Positions 21,042 through 33,962 of a stretch of DNA of 64,000 nt are shown here, piece after piece (positions within the stretch are counted from its first letter, which is position 1; each line of letters starts with the position of its first letter). This DNA comes from an uncultured Acidobacteriota bacterium (lineage in GTDB: Bacteria; Acidobacteriota; Vicinamibacteria; Vicinamibacterales; JAKQTR01), in NCBI GenBank assembly GCA_963806085.1, contig CAWDWR010000003.1:778590-842589 (forward strand), read 5' to 3'. Made by a program: the position numbers and the translations under genes. The notes beneath the pieces were generated by a model. The model did no database searches. It saw only the letters and a program-made list of their open reading frames with translations, and had not been told where the DNA came from.

Positions 21042-22465
21042 GTGTCCACTCCGTCACTCCAGCAGCGCGTCCGGCGCGCGATTCGCCGCGACGGACTGAT
21101 TCCGCCCGGCTCGCGGGTGCTGGCCGCCGTGTCGGGCGGGTCCGATTCGGTGGCATTGCTGCGCCTGCTCGTCGACCTCGCCAACGACGGCGGCTTCACG
21201 ATTGCCGGCGTCGCCCATGTCAATCACGGCCTCCGGGGCAGCGAAAGCGACCGCGACGAAGCATTCTGTCTGGCGCTCGCCGAACGCCTCGACCTCCCAT
21301 TCGAGGTCCGCGGCCGCGACGTCGGCGAGACTCGCTCGTGCGATGCACGTGTCTGTCGAAGTGGCGGCGCGGCAGGCGCGCTACGAATGCTTCGCCGAGA
21401 TGGCCGAGCAGTTGAGGGCCGACCTCGTCGCCACCGGCCACACGCGCGACGACCAGGCCGAGACGTTTCTGCTTCGCCTGCTTCGTGGCGCCGGATCGGC
21501 CGGCCTGGCGGGAATCCGGCCCCGGCGGGGCCGCATCGTCCGCCCGCTGCTGGACATCCGGCGCGACGAACTTCGGGCCTACCTGGCCGGCAGGCGGCCA
21601 ACCGTTCAGAAACGACTCGACCAACCGCGACCTCGCCGTCCCGCGCAACTGGATTCGCCATCGCCTGCTGCCGTTGCTCGCCAGGCAGCTCCATGCCGAC
21701 ATCGTCGAGGTGCTCGCGAGAAACGCCGCGGTCCTGCGCGACGAAGCGGCGTTTCTTGACGGCCTGGCGCAGGACGTGGCCGTGCAAGTGCTGAAGAAGG
21801 CGCCAGGCGGAGCGCTCCATCTCGACGCCCGCAAGCTCAGCACGCTGCCGGCCGCCGTGGCGAGGCCGCTCGTCCGCCAGTTGCTGGACCGGGCCGCGCC
21901 GGCCCGCTTCCGAGGGTTCGACCACGTCGAGCAGGTGCTGGAACTTGCCGCAACGGCGCGTGTGAGAGCGGCGGCTGACCTTCCCGGGGTCCGCGTGGAA
22001 CGAAACGGCACAGAAGTTGTCTTATACAGTAGGGGGTTATCCGGCCGCGGGTCCAAGGCAGCATTTCGTTACGAACTGCCGGTGCCGGGGCGGGTCGACC
22101 TGCCCGAGTGCGGTTGCGCGATCGAGGCGAAGCTGGTCAGGCGAACACCAGGCCAAGTCTTTACGCCGCAGTCGTTTGGCGACGATCGAGACGTGGCGAC
22201 GATCGACGGATCCATCGCAGGCGGCGCTCTGGCGGTCAGGTCGAGGCGACCTGGCGACTGCGTCCGGCCGCTTGGCCTCGCAGGCCGGAAGAAGCTCCAG
22301 GACGTCCTGGTCGACCGGAAAGTGCCCCGTGACGAGCGGGATTGCGTGCCCTTGGTGGTCGATGCCGACGACCGAATCCTGTGGGTCGCAGGCCACGTAG
22401 TGGCGCACGAGGCGCGGGTCACGGATTCGCACGCGGGGCGTGGTAGTCTTGAAGCTCATTCGTAA
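21042..22465 (+). pseudogene. tilS: tRNA(Ile)-lysidine synthetase; frame broken twice
   Basis: GTG 21042 lies just after the tRNA terminator. VLAAVSGGSDSVALL PP-loop (frame 0). ATGHTRDDQAETFLLRLLRG (ORF 21202 frame). C-terminal domain ...LQDVLVDRKVPRDERDCVPLVVD (ORF 21485..22465). Confidence 0.8.
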
Positions 22466-22486
22466 CGGAGAAGAGGGAGACGAGGC

Positions 22487-24409
<1,923 letters not shown>

Positions 24410-24457
24410 GACCGGTCGCGGCGGCTCGATCGTCCCGCGCGAACAGGGTCCGAGACC

Positions 24458-24475
24458 GTCTCCCTTCGGGGGGAC
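24458..24475 (+). terminator. small UUCG-loop hairpin after ftsH
   Basis: GTCTCCC TTCG GGGGGAC. No U tract. Confidence 0.3.
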
Positions 24476-24510
24476 ACGCTCCGTTCCGGTGTGATAGAAC
24501 TGGGGCCGGA

Positions 24511-25399
24511 ATGGAGCGTCTCCCCGCCGTCATCGCCCCGCGTCCCTTCTTCACCGTGCCGCTCGCGCACGGGCTCAGTCTCGAACTGGGCCCGCGCACG
24601 CTCGTGATGGGGATTCTCAACGTCACGCCCGACTCCTTTGCCGGCGGCGTGACCAGACCCGGACCTCGCGGCGGACCTGGCGCTTCGGATGGAGGCCGAT
24701 GGGGCCGACATCATCGACATCGGGGGCGAATCGACCAGGCCGGGAGCCGACCCTGTTGCCGAGGCCGACGAACTGGCCCGGGTGCTTCCCGTCATCGAAC
24801 GGCTCAAGGGGCGGTTGGCGGCGCCCATCTCCATCGACACGTACAAGGCCGCCGTGGCGGGAGAGGCGCTGGCCGCCGGCGCCTCTATCGTGAACGACAT
24901 CAGCGGTTTAGGGTATGATCCCATCCTCGGTGATGTCGTCGCTCGCGCGGGCGCCGGGCTCGTGCTGATGCACACGCGCGGGCGGTCGCGGGAGATGTAT
25001 CGGCGACGCGGAGCTACGGCGACGTCGTGGCGGAGGTGTCGGCGGAGCTGCGCCAGGCGCTCGAGCGTGCGGATGCCGCAGGCGTGCCGCGCGCGCAGGT
25101 CATCGTCGACCCCGGCATCGGTTTCGCCAAAGCGGGCTGACCAGAGCCGCGCGGTGCTCGACGAAGCTCGCCGGCGCTCGGGCCTCTGGGCCGGCCGCTG
25201 CTGGTCGGGCCCGTCGCGGAAGTCGTTTCTGCTCGACGGGCAGGCGCCGGTGCCGCCATCCGCGCGCGACTGGGGCACGGCGGCGGCCGTCACGGTCGCC
25301 GTCATGGGCGGCGCGCATATCGTGCGGGTGCACAACGTGGCGGCGATGGTGCAGGTGGTGCGCGTCGCCGACGCGCTTCGCGCAGAGGCGCACGCATAA
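24511..25399 (+). pseudogene. folP: dihydropteroate synthase; about seven frame breaks
   Basis: [16 protein letters not shown] (ORF 22786 frame). [14 protein letters not shown]...[10 protein letters not shown]...IVNDISG (ORF 24689..25399). IVDPGIGFAK in another frame. GPSRKSF...GAHIVRVHNV again in ORF 24689..25399. Confidence 0.8.
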
Positions 25400-25438
25400 C
25401 GGCGGCGCACGCGTCGCGACGGGATTCAGGCAGGTGCG

Positions 25439-26252
25439 GTGGACTCACTGATTTCGATGCTCCAGCGGGCGCAGGTGGGATGGACGGATGTCATCGACAT
25501 CCTCATCGCCGCCATCGCGATCTATGAGCTGTTGAAGCTCATGCGCGGCACCCGTGCGGTCCAGATGGGCATCGGCGTGGGGCTGATCATCGGGGTGTTC
25601 TACCTGTCCGAATGGTGGCACCTCGACACGGTCAACTGGCTCATCCGCAACATCGCCGGGTACGTCGTCTTCGCGGCCATCGTCGTCTTCCAGTCGGAGA
25701 TCCGCCGGACGCTCGCGCATCTCGGGCGGGCGCGGTTCTTCCGGTTCCTCACGCGCACCGAGTCGAACGACGAGATCGTCGAGGAGCTCGTCGCGGCCGC
25801 GACGATGCTGGCGAGCACGCGGACCGGCGCCATCATCGCCGTCGAGCGCGACATCGGCCTGCGCAACTACATCGAGGGCGGCGTGCCGCTGGACGCGACG
25901 CTGACGTCGGACCTGCTGCTGAGCCTGTTCCAGCCGAAATCGCCGCTCCACGACGGCGCGGTCATCGTCCAGGGCGACAGGATCGCGGCGGCGGCCTGCT
26001 TCCTGCCGCTGTCGGTCAACCCGGCGATCAGCAAGGACTTCGGCACGCGGCACCGTGCCGCCATCGGCCTGACCGAGGACGTCGACGCGGCGGCGATCGT
26101 CGTGTCGGAGGAGACGGGGCGCATCACGCTGGCGCTCGACGGGCAACGTGGAAGTGGGCCTCGACGCCGACCGGCTGCGGGCGAGACTGCGGTCGCTGGT
26201 GCCGCTCAGGAAGGCCGTGGCCGATCACGGCAATGCAGGATCGATGGACTGA
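25439..26252 (+). pseudogene. cdaA: diadenylate cyclase CdaA (DisA_N domain); one frame break (~26145)
   Basis: Three N-terminal TM helices. GAIIAVERD...SPLHDGAVIV...GTRHRAAIGLTE...VVSEETGRI. The tail is in the next frame and ends TGA 26250..26252. Confidence 0.85.
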
Positions 26253-27166
26253 TGGCCTACAACCCCTTCCGCAATTTCGGGCTCAAGGCCATGGCCGTCG
26301 GCATCGCGACGCTGCTGTGGATCGCCGTCGGCGGCGAGAAGATCGTGGAGCGAAGCCTGCAGGCTCCGCTCGAGATCGAGAACATGCCGGAGGCCGTCGA
26401 ACTGATCGGCGACACGCCCGGCACAGTCGACGTCAGGGTGCGCGGCTCGTCCACGACCCTGGGCCGGCTGTCGACCGGAGACGTGAAGGCCGTGCTGGAC
26501 GTCGCCACGGCCACCCCCGGGCGCAACCTGTTCCACCTCAGCCCCGATCTCGTCAGCGCGCCGTTCGGCGTGGAGGTCAGCTACGCGGGGCCCGCAACGC
26601 TGGCGCTCCAGTTCGAGCGGCAGCTGACCAGGGAAATTCCGGTCAAGCCGGACGTCGACGGCGAGCCTGCGCCCGGATACGAGGTGCGGCGCGTCACCGT
26701 CGAGCCGGCCACCGTGGAGGTCGTCGGGCCCGAGAGCGAGGTCCGCAATCTCGCCGGGGCGGTGACGGAGCCCATCGAACTGAGGTCGTCGGCGGGGCAG
26801 GTGCGCGAGACGGTGCCGTCGCGATCCTGAACAGCGAGGCCCGCCTCCGCACGCCGCAGGAGCGCCATCGTCACCGTCGACATCCAGCCGGTCCGGACCG
26901 AGCGCACTGATCGGCGGCGTTCCCGTGCGCATGCCGCAGCTGGCGGAGGGCCAGCGGGCGCAGTCGAACCCGCCGAATGTCGCGGTCACCGTGCGCGGCC
27001 GATGGAGAGATGCTGAAGCAGCTGGCTGCCGGTTCCGTCGATGCGTCCGTCGATGTCGCGGGCTTCGGCGCCGGGCGATACACGCTGCCGGTCCGCGATC
27101 GCCGCCTCACGACTGTTCGGGGTCGTCCGCATCGATCCCCCCCAGGTGCAAGTCACCATCCGATGA
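26252..27166 (+). pseudogene. cdaR: YbbR-domain protein (CdaR-like regulator of CdaA); about three frame breaks
   Basis: ATG overlaps the cdaA stop. MAYNPFRNFGLKAMAVGIATLLW, then repeated YbbR-type beta segments (VDVRVRG..., VEVVGPESEV...). The end overlaps the glmM ATG. Confidence 0.65.
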
Positions 27167-28514
27167 GCACGAAGCTGTTCGGCACGGACGGCGTCCGCGG
27201 CCGGGCCGGCGAGCCGCCGCTCGACGCCCGGACCGTCCGCCGCCTCGGCATGGCGCTCGTGAAGGCGCTGCCGCCCGGCGACGGGGCGGTCCGCCTGCTC
27301 GTCGGGCGCGACACGCGCGAGTCGGGAGCGCAGATCGAGCGCGATCTCGCGGTCGGGGCGACGGCGGCCGGCGCCGCCGTGATCAGCGCGGGCGTCATCC
27401 CGACGCCGGCCGTGGCGCACCTGACGCGCAGCCAGGGCTTCGCGGCGGGGCTTGTCATCTCGGCGTCCCACAATCCGTTCCACGACAACGGCATCAAGGT
27501 GTTTTCGGGCGGCGGCGAGAAGTTCACCGAGGCCCTCGAGGCCGAGGTGGAGGCGATCGTCGCCGACGACGTCCTGGCAGGAGCCCGGCGGCGCCGCTCC
27601 AGCCGTCCCGCAGGTCGACGAAACCGGCGCGTACCTCGCGCACGCCCGGCTCGCGCTCGATGGGACAGTTTCCGGGCCACGCCCGGCGGATCGCGATCGA
27701 CTGCGCGAACGGCGCCACCTACCGCGCGGCGCCCGCGCTCTTCGGGAGCCTCGGGTTCGAGGTCACGGCGATCGGCTGCGAGCCCGACGGGCGCAACATC
27801 AACCTCGACGTGCGGGTCGACCCACCCCGGGCGGCTGGCGCAGGCTCGTCGTCGACGAGCGCTGCGATCTGGGCGTGGCCTTCGACGGCGACGGCGACCG
27901 CGCGATTCTCGTCGATGCCGAGGGGCGCATCGTCGACGGCGACGCGGTGATGCTGCTGTGCGCCAAGCAGATGCAGGCCGTCGGGCCGGCTCCGCGGCGA
28001 ACACCGTGGTCGCCACGGTGATGAGCAACATCGGCCTCGAGATCGCGCTGCGCGACTCTCGGCATCGGGCTCGTGCGCTGCCCGGTCGGCGACAAGTACG
28101 TGATGGAAGAGCTGCTGCGCGACAACCTGTCGCTCGGCGGCGAGCAGTCGGGCCACGTCATCTTCCCGGACTTCCTCTACACGGGCGACGGCATCGTCAC
28201 CGCGCTCAACGTGCTGCGGGTGATGGCGGAAACGGGGCAGCCGCTCGCCGATCTCGCCGGCGAGCTGAAGACCTATCCGCAGGTGCTGCTCAACCTGCGG
28301 GTGCGCGAGAAGCGCGACTGGATGACGATTCCCGCCGCGGCGGCAGGCCGTCGCGGACGTCGAGGCCGGACTCGCGGGGCGGGGCCGGCTGCTCGTGCGC
28401 TACTCGGGCACCGAGCCGCTCCTGCGCGTCATGATCGAAGGCGAGCGCCAGGACGAGATCAACGCCTGGGCCGAGCACATCGTCGCGGCGGTGAGGGCCG
28501 AGATCGGCGAATGA
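27163..28514 (+). pseudogene. glmM: phosphoglucosamine mutase; about eight frame breaks
   Basis: LFGTDGVRG, active-site [39 protein letters not shown]. These motifs are distributed over ORFs 26977, 27452, 26925 and 28073 and the final frame (stop 28512..28514). Confidence 0.85.
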
Positions 28515-28526
28515 CAGGAGTGATCA

Positions 28527-29435
28527 ATGGCTGATATCGACGACGTCAAGGAAACCAAGAAGTACTATCCCGAGATCCCGGCCGCGCACGAGGGCTTCCA
28601 TCTCAAGGGCGCGCACCAGCTCGACTGGGGCATGCGCAACCGGCTCTCGCAGCATCTTCCGGCCGTCGACGGGCCGCACGGTCATGCTCGCGATCGACCA
28701 CGGCTACTTCCTCGGGCCCGACGACCGGGCCTCGAGCGCATCGACCTGACGATCGTGCCGCTGCTGCCCGTACGCCGACGCGCTGATGTGCACGCGGGGC
28801 ATCCTGCGCTCGAGCATCCCGTCGACGTTCCCGAACGGCGTCGTGATGCGGTCGAGCGGCGGGCCCAGCACGCTCAAGGAGCTGTCGAACGAGCTCATCG
28901 CGGTCGACATCGACGACGCGGTGCGCATGAACGTCTCCGCCATGGCCGTGCAGGTCTACATCGGCGGCGAGTTCGAGACGCAGTCGGTCCAGCAACATGA
29001 CGACGCTGGTCGACATGGGCCTGCGCTACGGCGTGCCGACCATGGGCGTGACCGCGGTCGGCAAGGAGCTCACGCGCGACGCGCGCTACCTCGGCCTGGC
29101 CACGCGCATCTGCGCCGAGCTGGGCGCGCAGGTCGTCAAGACCTACTACTGCGCCGAGGGCTTCGAGCGCGTCACGGCCGGCTGCCCGGTGCCGATCGTC
29201 ATGGCCGGCGGCAAGAAGCTGCCCGAACTCGAGGCGCTGACGATGGCCTACAACGCCGTGAGCCAGGGCGCCGCGGGCGTCGACATGGGCCGCAACATCT
29301 TCCAGTCGGACGCGCCGGCCGCGATGATCCAGGCGGTGGGCAAGGTCGTGCACGAGCTGATGCCGCCCGCGCAGGCCTTCGACTTCTACCAGACGACTGA
29401 AGCGCGAGCAGGAACTGGCGGCGGCGAAGCGGTAG
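28527..29435 (+). pseudogene. class I aldolase of the DhnA/LsrF/FbaB family; about six frame breaks
   Basis: [39 protein letters not shown] and VVKTYY...PIVMAGGKK...[13 protein letters not shown], spread over ORFs 28527, 28786 and 28997. The likely end is TAG 29433..29435. Confidence 0.6.
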
Positions 29436-29444
29436 CGGCCGGCC

Positions 29445-30214
29445 ATGGCACATCCACTCGTCGACGATCTCCGGCGAGATCGGGCCCGCGCTCAGCGTGG
29501 GCCTCATCTCGGCCGACCTGATGGCGCTCGGCGCCGACGTCGCGCGGCTGCGAGGGCGCCGGGCGCCCGGCTGGCGCACTTCGACGTGATGGACGGCGGC
29601 TACGTGCCGATGCTGACCGTCGGCCCGCCGTTCATCAAGGCCGTGAAGACGGCGATGCTGAAGGACGTGCACCTGATGGTGCGCGAGCCGCTCGCCTCGC
29701 TGGGCGACTACGTGGCCGCCGGCGCCGACCTCGTCACGATTCACCCGGACGCCTGCGTGCATCCCCACCGCGTGCTCCAGGTGCTCGGCGCGACGGCGCA
29801 CCGCGACCGCGCAGACCGCACCATCGCCCGCGGCATCGCGCTGAATCCCGGGACGCCGCTGGACGTCGCTCGACCCGTTCCTGGACGAGATCGAGCTGGT
29901 GATGCTCGTCGCCATCAATCCCGGCTGGGGCGGGCAGGCCTTCATCCCGGCCACGCTCGGCCGGATCGAGGCGGTGCGGGCGAAGATCGCCGTCGGCCGG
30001 CCGCGACATCCTGGTCGCGGTCGACGGGGGCATCACGCGCCGCAACGTCGGCCAGCTGGCTGGCCGCGGCGTCGATCTGGTGGTCACCGGCAGCGCGGTG
30101 TTCGACGGCGACCTGACCGCGAATGTCGACGAGATGACGCGGCGCTGCGGGGGTGACTCGGGCCGGGCCTGCCTTCGACAGGCTCAGGCCGGGAAAGGCC
30201 CGGCCTCCCGTTGA
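29445..30214 (+). pseudogene. rpe: ribulose-phosphate 3-epimerase; about five frame breaks; 3' end uncertain
   Basis: HFDVMDGGYVPMLTVGP, DVHLMV, LNPGTP, INPGWGGQAFI, VDGGI, VVTGSAVF, read across three frames (ORFs 29445..30116, 29899..30156 and a third). Confidence 0.65.
30186..30206 (+). terminator. hairpin at or just beyond the rpe 3' end
   Basis: AGGCCGGG AAAGG CCCGGCCT, an 8-bp stem. No U tract. Confidence 0.3.
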
Positions 30215-30252
30215 CCGATGGAGCCCCGGGGGCGCGGAAGGCACGTGATCGC

Positions 30253-32367
30253 ATGCTGAACCGATGGAGTGAGGAAGACGCCGCGCGCGCCGTCGACATG
30301 TACGGCCCCGCGTGGGGAGAGGCCGTCGCGCTGCGCACCTACGCGAGCCGCCTGCTCGGGAGCGAGCCCGCGCTGGTGCTGCACGGCGGCGGCAACGCCT
30401 CGGTGAAGGCCCGTGGCGGACCGTCACCGGCGACGCGGCGGCGGCCATCTTCGTCAAGGCGTCGGGCTTCGACATGGCCGCCATCGAGCCCGCCGGCCAT
30501 CCCGCGCTCGACCTCGAGCGCGCTGCTGCGCCTCCAGGCGCCTGGACACGCTGACCGACGATGCCATGGTGAACGAGGTCCGGCGCGCGCTGTTCGACAC
30601 GCGGAGCCCGAATCCGTCCATCGAAACGCTGGTGCACGCGTTTCTGCCGGGTGCGTTCATCGACCATACGCATGCCGACGCCATCCTGACGCTGACCAAC
30701 CAGCGTGACGGCCTGGCGCGTCGTCCAGGACGCGTTCTGGGACTCGGCGGCCGTGATCCCGTACGTCGAGCCGGGCTTCCTGCTGGCGAAGGCCGCGGCG
30801 GCGGCCGCCGCCGCGAAGCCCTCCGTCCGGGCGCTCGTCCTGATGAAGCACGGGCTCATCACGTGGGGCCCCACGGCCCGCGAGTCGTACCTGCTCCACC
30901 TGGATCTCGTCACGCAGGCCGAGAACATCGCGGCGGCGCGCGCGCGGTGTGGCGTCACGGTGACCGTTCCCGATACGGCCGCGTCGCTGGCCTGGGAGCG
31001 GCTCGCCGAGATCGGCCCCGTTCTCCGCGGGCAGCTGGCCCGGCCGACGGGCGAGGCCGACCGGCCTTGGGACCGCGTGATCCTGCAGCCCATCGTGACC
31101 GACGGCGTGCTCGCGCTCCTGGCGCGCGAGGGCGCGAAAGACGCGCTCGTGACGCCGCCGCTCACGACCGACCACCTCATCCGGACCAAGAGCCTGCCGC
31201 TGTGGATCGACGCTCCGGCCTGGCGCGACGAGGCGGCGCTCCGGGCGCAGTGCGCGCGGCGCGATCGAGGCGTACCGGACGTCGTACGGCGCCTATGTCG
31301 AACGTCACCGCGACGAGATGCAGGACGGCCTGGCCGAGTTCGACCCGACGCCGCGGGTTGTGCTGGTGCCGGGTCTCGGCGCGATCTGCGCCGGACGGAA
31401 CGCCCGCGAGGCGAGCGATTGCCAGGGACATCACGGCGCAGACGCTCGAGGTGAAGGGCCGCATCGCCGCGATGGGCGTCTACGAGGGCCTCGGCGAGCG
31501 CGAACTGTTCCTGATGGAGTACCGCGGCGTCCAGCACGCGAAGCTCGCGGCGGCCCGCCGGTGCCCTGGCCGATCGCGTGGCCATCGTCACCGGCGCAGC
31601 AGGCGCCATCGGCACCGGCGTGGCCATGGGCCTCCTCGAGGCGGGCTGCCACGTGGTCGTGACGGACCTGCCCGGCGCGGCGCTCGAGTCGCTCGCGGCC
31701 GAACTCGACGCCGCGTTTCCCGGCCGGGCCGTCGGCGTCCCGATGGATGTCACCGACGCCGCGTCGGTGGCCGACGCATTCCGGTTCGCCGCCCGGACGT
31801 GGGGCGGCGTCGACCTCGCGATCGTCAACGCCGGCATCGCCCACGTGGCTGCCCTGACGGTGATGGACGTCGAGACGTTCCGCAAGCTGGAGCGGGTCAA
31901 CATCGAGGGCACGCTGCTCGTGATGGCCGAGTGCGGCCGGCATTTCGCCCGCCAGCAGACCGGCGGCGACATCGTGCTCGTGTCGACCAAGAACGTCTTC
32001 GCGCCGGGCGCGAGGTTCGGCGCCTACAGCGCCACGAAGGCCGCCGCGCACCAGCTGGCCAGGATCGCGAGCCTCGAGATGGCCGAGCTCGACGTGCGCG
32101 TGAACATGGTGTCCCCGGACGCGGTCTTCTCGCATGGCGCGAGGCGCTCCGGGCTGTGGGCGGAGGTGGGACCCGACCGGATGAAGGCGCGCGGCCTCGA
32201 CGAGGCCGGCCTCGAAGAGTACCTACCGCTCGCGCAACCTGCTGAAGGCGCGGGTCACCGCGCGGCACGTCGCGAATGCGGTGCTGTACTTCGCCACGCG
32301 CCAGTCCCCGACGACCGGCGCCACCATCCCGGTGGACGGCGGGCTGCCGGATGCGACGCCGAGGTGA
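30253..32367 (+). pseudogene. bifunctional class II aldolase (rhamnulose-1-phosphate aldolase-like) / short-chain dehydrogenase; about nine frame breaks
   Basis: N-terminus MLNRWSEEDAARAVDMYG...LVLHGGGNASVK. FIDHTHADAILTL. Long middle domain in ORF 30705..31454. SDR half in ORF 31578..32390 (VTGAAGAIG...YSATKAA...). Tail ...ATIPVDGGLPDATPR, stop 32365..32367. Confidence 0.75.
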
Positions 32368-32377
32368 GACAGCTTGA

Positions 32378-32412
32378 CAGTAGTCAGTAGCCAGTAGTCA
32401 GTAGTCAGTAGA
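32378..32412. repeat. tandem heptamer array, five units (CAGTAGT CAGTAGC CAGTAGT CAGTAGT CAGTAGA); left arm of an inverted pair
   Basis: Direct reading. It is the reverse complement of the GCTACTG/CTGGCTA units that start at 32441. Confidence 0.9.
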
Positions 32413-32440
32413 AGAGCAGAACACGCCTAACGGTGTCCAA

Positions 32441-32489
32441 CTGGCTACTGGCTACTGGCTACTGGCTACTGGCTACTGGCTACTGGCGG
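32441..32489. repeat. tandem heptamer array, about seven units of CTGGCTA; right arm, truncated by the IS
   Basis: Direct reading. A 28-nt spacer separates it from the left arm. The IS left end follows within ~7 nt. Confidence 0.9.
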
Positions 32490-32495
32490 CTCAAT

Positions 32496-33893
32496 CCGGA
32501 CACATAGGTAACACATTCGTCTGGACACATGGGTAACACTTTTCGCCATCGCTTCGCAGGAGGGCGCGATGCCATGGCAAGGAGTGAGTCCTATGGATCT
32601 GCGACGGTTGTTTGTCCGCGCGTACGTCGCGGGCGGGTTGTCGATGACCGAGTTGTGTGAGCACTACGGGATCAGCCGCAAGACGGGGTACAAGTGGGCT
32701 GCCCGCTTCGAGCACACGGGGCTCGAGGGCCTGGTGGACCAATCGCGGCGGCCGCAGCACTCGCCGCGGGCGACGGGGGGCGCGGTGACGCACGCGCTGT
32801 GTGACGCGCGGCGCCGCCATCCGACGTGGGGGGCGCGCAAGCTTCTGGCGGGGCTGCGCCGCACGTGGCCGACGTGGCCGTGGCCGGCGCCGTCCACCGG
32901 CAGTGCGCTGCTGAAGGCCCACGGCCTGGTCCGGACGCCCCGCTGCCGCCGACGCGGGCACGCGTCCCCGAGTCCCTTGGCGCCGGCCACGCGCCCGAAC
33001 GAGGTGTGGACCACGGATTTCAAAGGCGAATTCCGCCTGGGGGATCGAACGTATTGTTATCCCCTCACGCTGCGCGATCTGCACAGCCGCCTCGTGCTGC
33101 GCTGTGATGCCCTGCCCGAGAAATCCGGCCGACTGGTGCGGCCGTGCTTCGAGCGCGCGTTCCGCGACCATGGGCTGCCGGAGCGGCTGCGCAGTGATAA
33201 TGGCGGCCCCTTTGCCGCGCCGGGGTTGACGCGGCTCTCGCACCTGTCGGTCTGGTGGCTGCGTCTGGGCATTCAGCCCGAACGCATTGCGTTGGGCCAT
33301 CCGGAACAGAACGGTGCCCATGAGCAATTCCACCGCGTGCTGAAAGCGGAAACGGCACGGCCGCCCGCGGCGCACCTCGCGGCGCAACAGCGCCGCTTCC
33401 GACACTTCTGCGGCGACTACAACACCGAGCGCCCCCATGAGGCGTTGGGCGACGTCACCCCGGCGAGCTGCTACGCGGCCTCGCCCCGTCCCTATCCCAC
33501 CCACCTCCCGCCGCTCGAGTATCCGGGGCACTGGGAAGTCCGCCGCGTTGCCAGCACCGGCCAGGTCTCGTGGGCGGGCAACCCGCTCTATCTCACCGAG
33601 GTCCTGGGCGGGGAACACGTCGCCTTTGAGGAAGTCGAGGACGGCCTCTGGATGCTGCACTTCGCGACGGTCCGCTTGGCGCGGTTCGAGGCTCGCACCC
33701 GCACGCTCACGCCCGTCCCGTATGCGTGAGCGGACCAGGCGCGTGGAGGCTGCCGGCGCCGTGGACCCACACGACGGGTCCACCGGCTCCTTGGAAAACG
33801 CCCAACGCGCGTTTTCCACAGCCACCACACGCATCGTCACACTGTTACCTATGTCTCCAGACAGATCTGTTACCCTTCTCTCCGAACGTCCGG
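32496..33893 (+). mobile_element. IS481-family insertion sequence (~1.4 kb) inserted in a heptamer array
   Basis: Single transposase ORF. Imperfect terminal inverted repeats: CCGGAC..GGTAACACATTCGTCTGGACACATGGGTAACAC on the left and the rc of the right end CCGGAC..GGTAACAGATCTGTCTGGAGACATAGGTAACAG (27 of 33 in the best-aligned stretch, by eye). Exact ends and the target duplication are not resolvable inside the repeat. Confidence 0.6.
32569..33729 (+). CDS. IS481-family transposase (N-terminal HTH plus DDE/rve integrase core)
   Basis: Intact 386 aa. GLSMTELCEHYGISRKTGYKW, VWTTDF, LRSDNGGPF, HPEQNGAHEQFHRVLK. Confidence 0.8.
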   Translation: MPWQGVSPMDLRRLFVRAYVAGGLSMTELCEHYGISRKTGYKWAARFEHTGLEGLVDQSRRPQHSPRATGGAVTHALCDARRRHPTWGARKLLAGLRRTWPTWPWPAPSTGSALLKAHGLVRTPRCRRRGHASPSPLAPATRPNEVWTTDFKGEFRLGDRTYCYPLTLRDLHSRLVLRCDALPEKSGRLVRPCFERAFRDHGLPERLRSDNGGPFAAPGLTRLSHLSVWWLRLGIQPERIALGHPEQNGAHEQFHRVLKAETARPPAAHLAAQQRRFRHFCGDYNTERPHEALGDVTPASCYAASPRPYPTHLPPLEYPGHWEVRRVASTGQVSWAGNPLYLTEVLGGEHVAFEEVEDGLWMLHFATVRLARFEARTRTLTPVPYA

Positions 33894-33949
33894 GCTACTG
33901 GCTACTGGCTACTGGCTACTGGCTACTGGCTACTGGCTACTGGCTACTG
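33894..33949. repeat. tandem heptamer array, eight perfect units of GCTACTG; continuation of the array on the far side of the IS
   Basis: Direct reading. It starts immediately after the IS right end and ends 13 nt before the pdxJ ATG. Confidence 0.9.
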
Positions 33950-33962
33950 ATGGAGATCCGTC

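Noticed and set aside
32378-33949. Could the regular repeat arrays be CRISPR arrays?
   Set aside because: The period is 7 nt with no unique spacers, the arrays are only 28-56 nt long, and no cas genes are present. They are microsatellite-like tandem heptamers.
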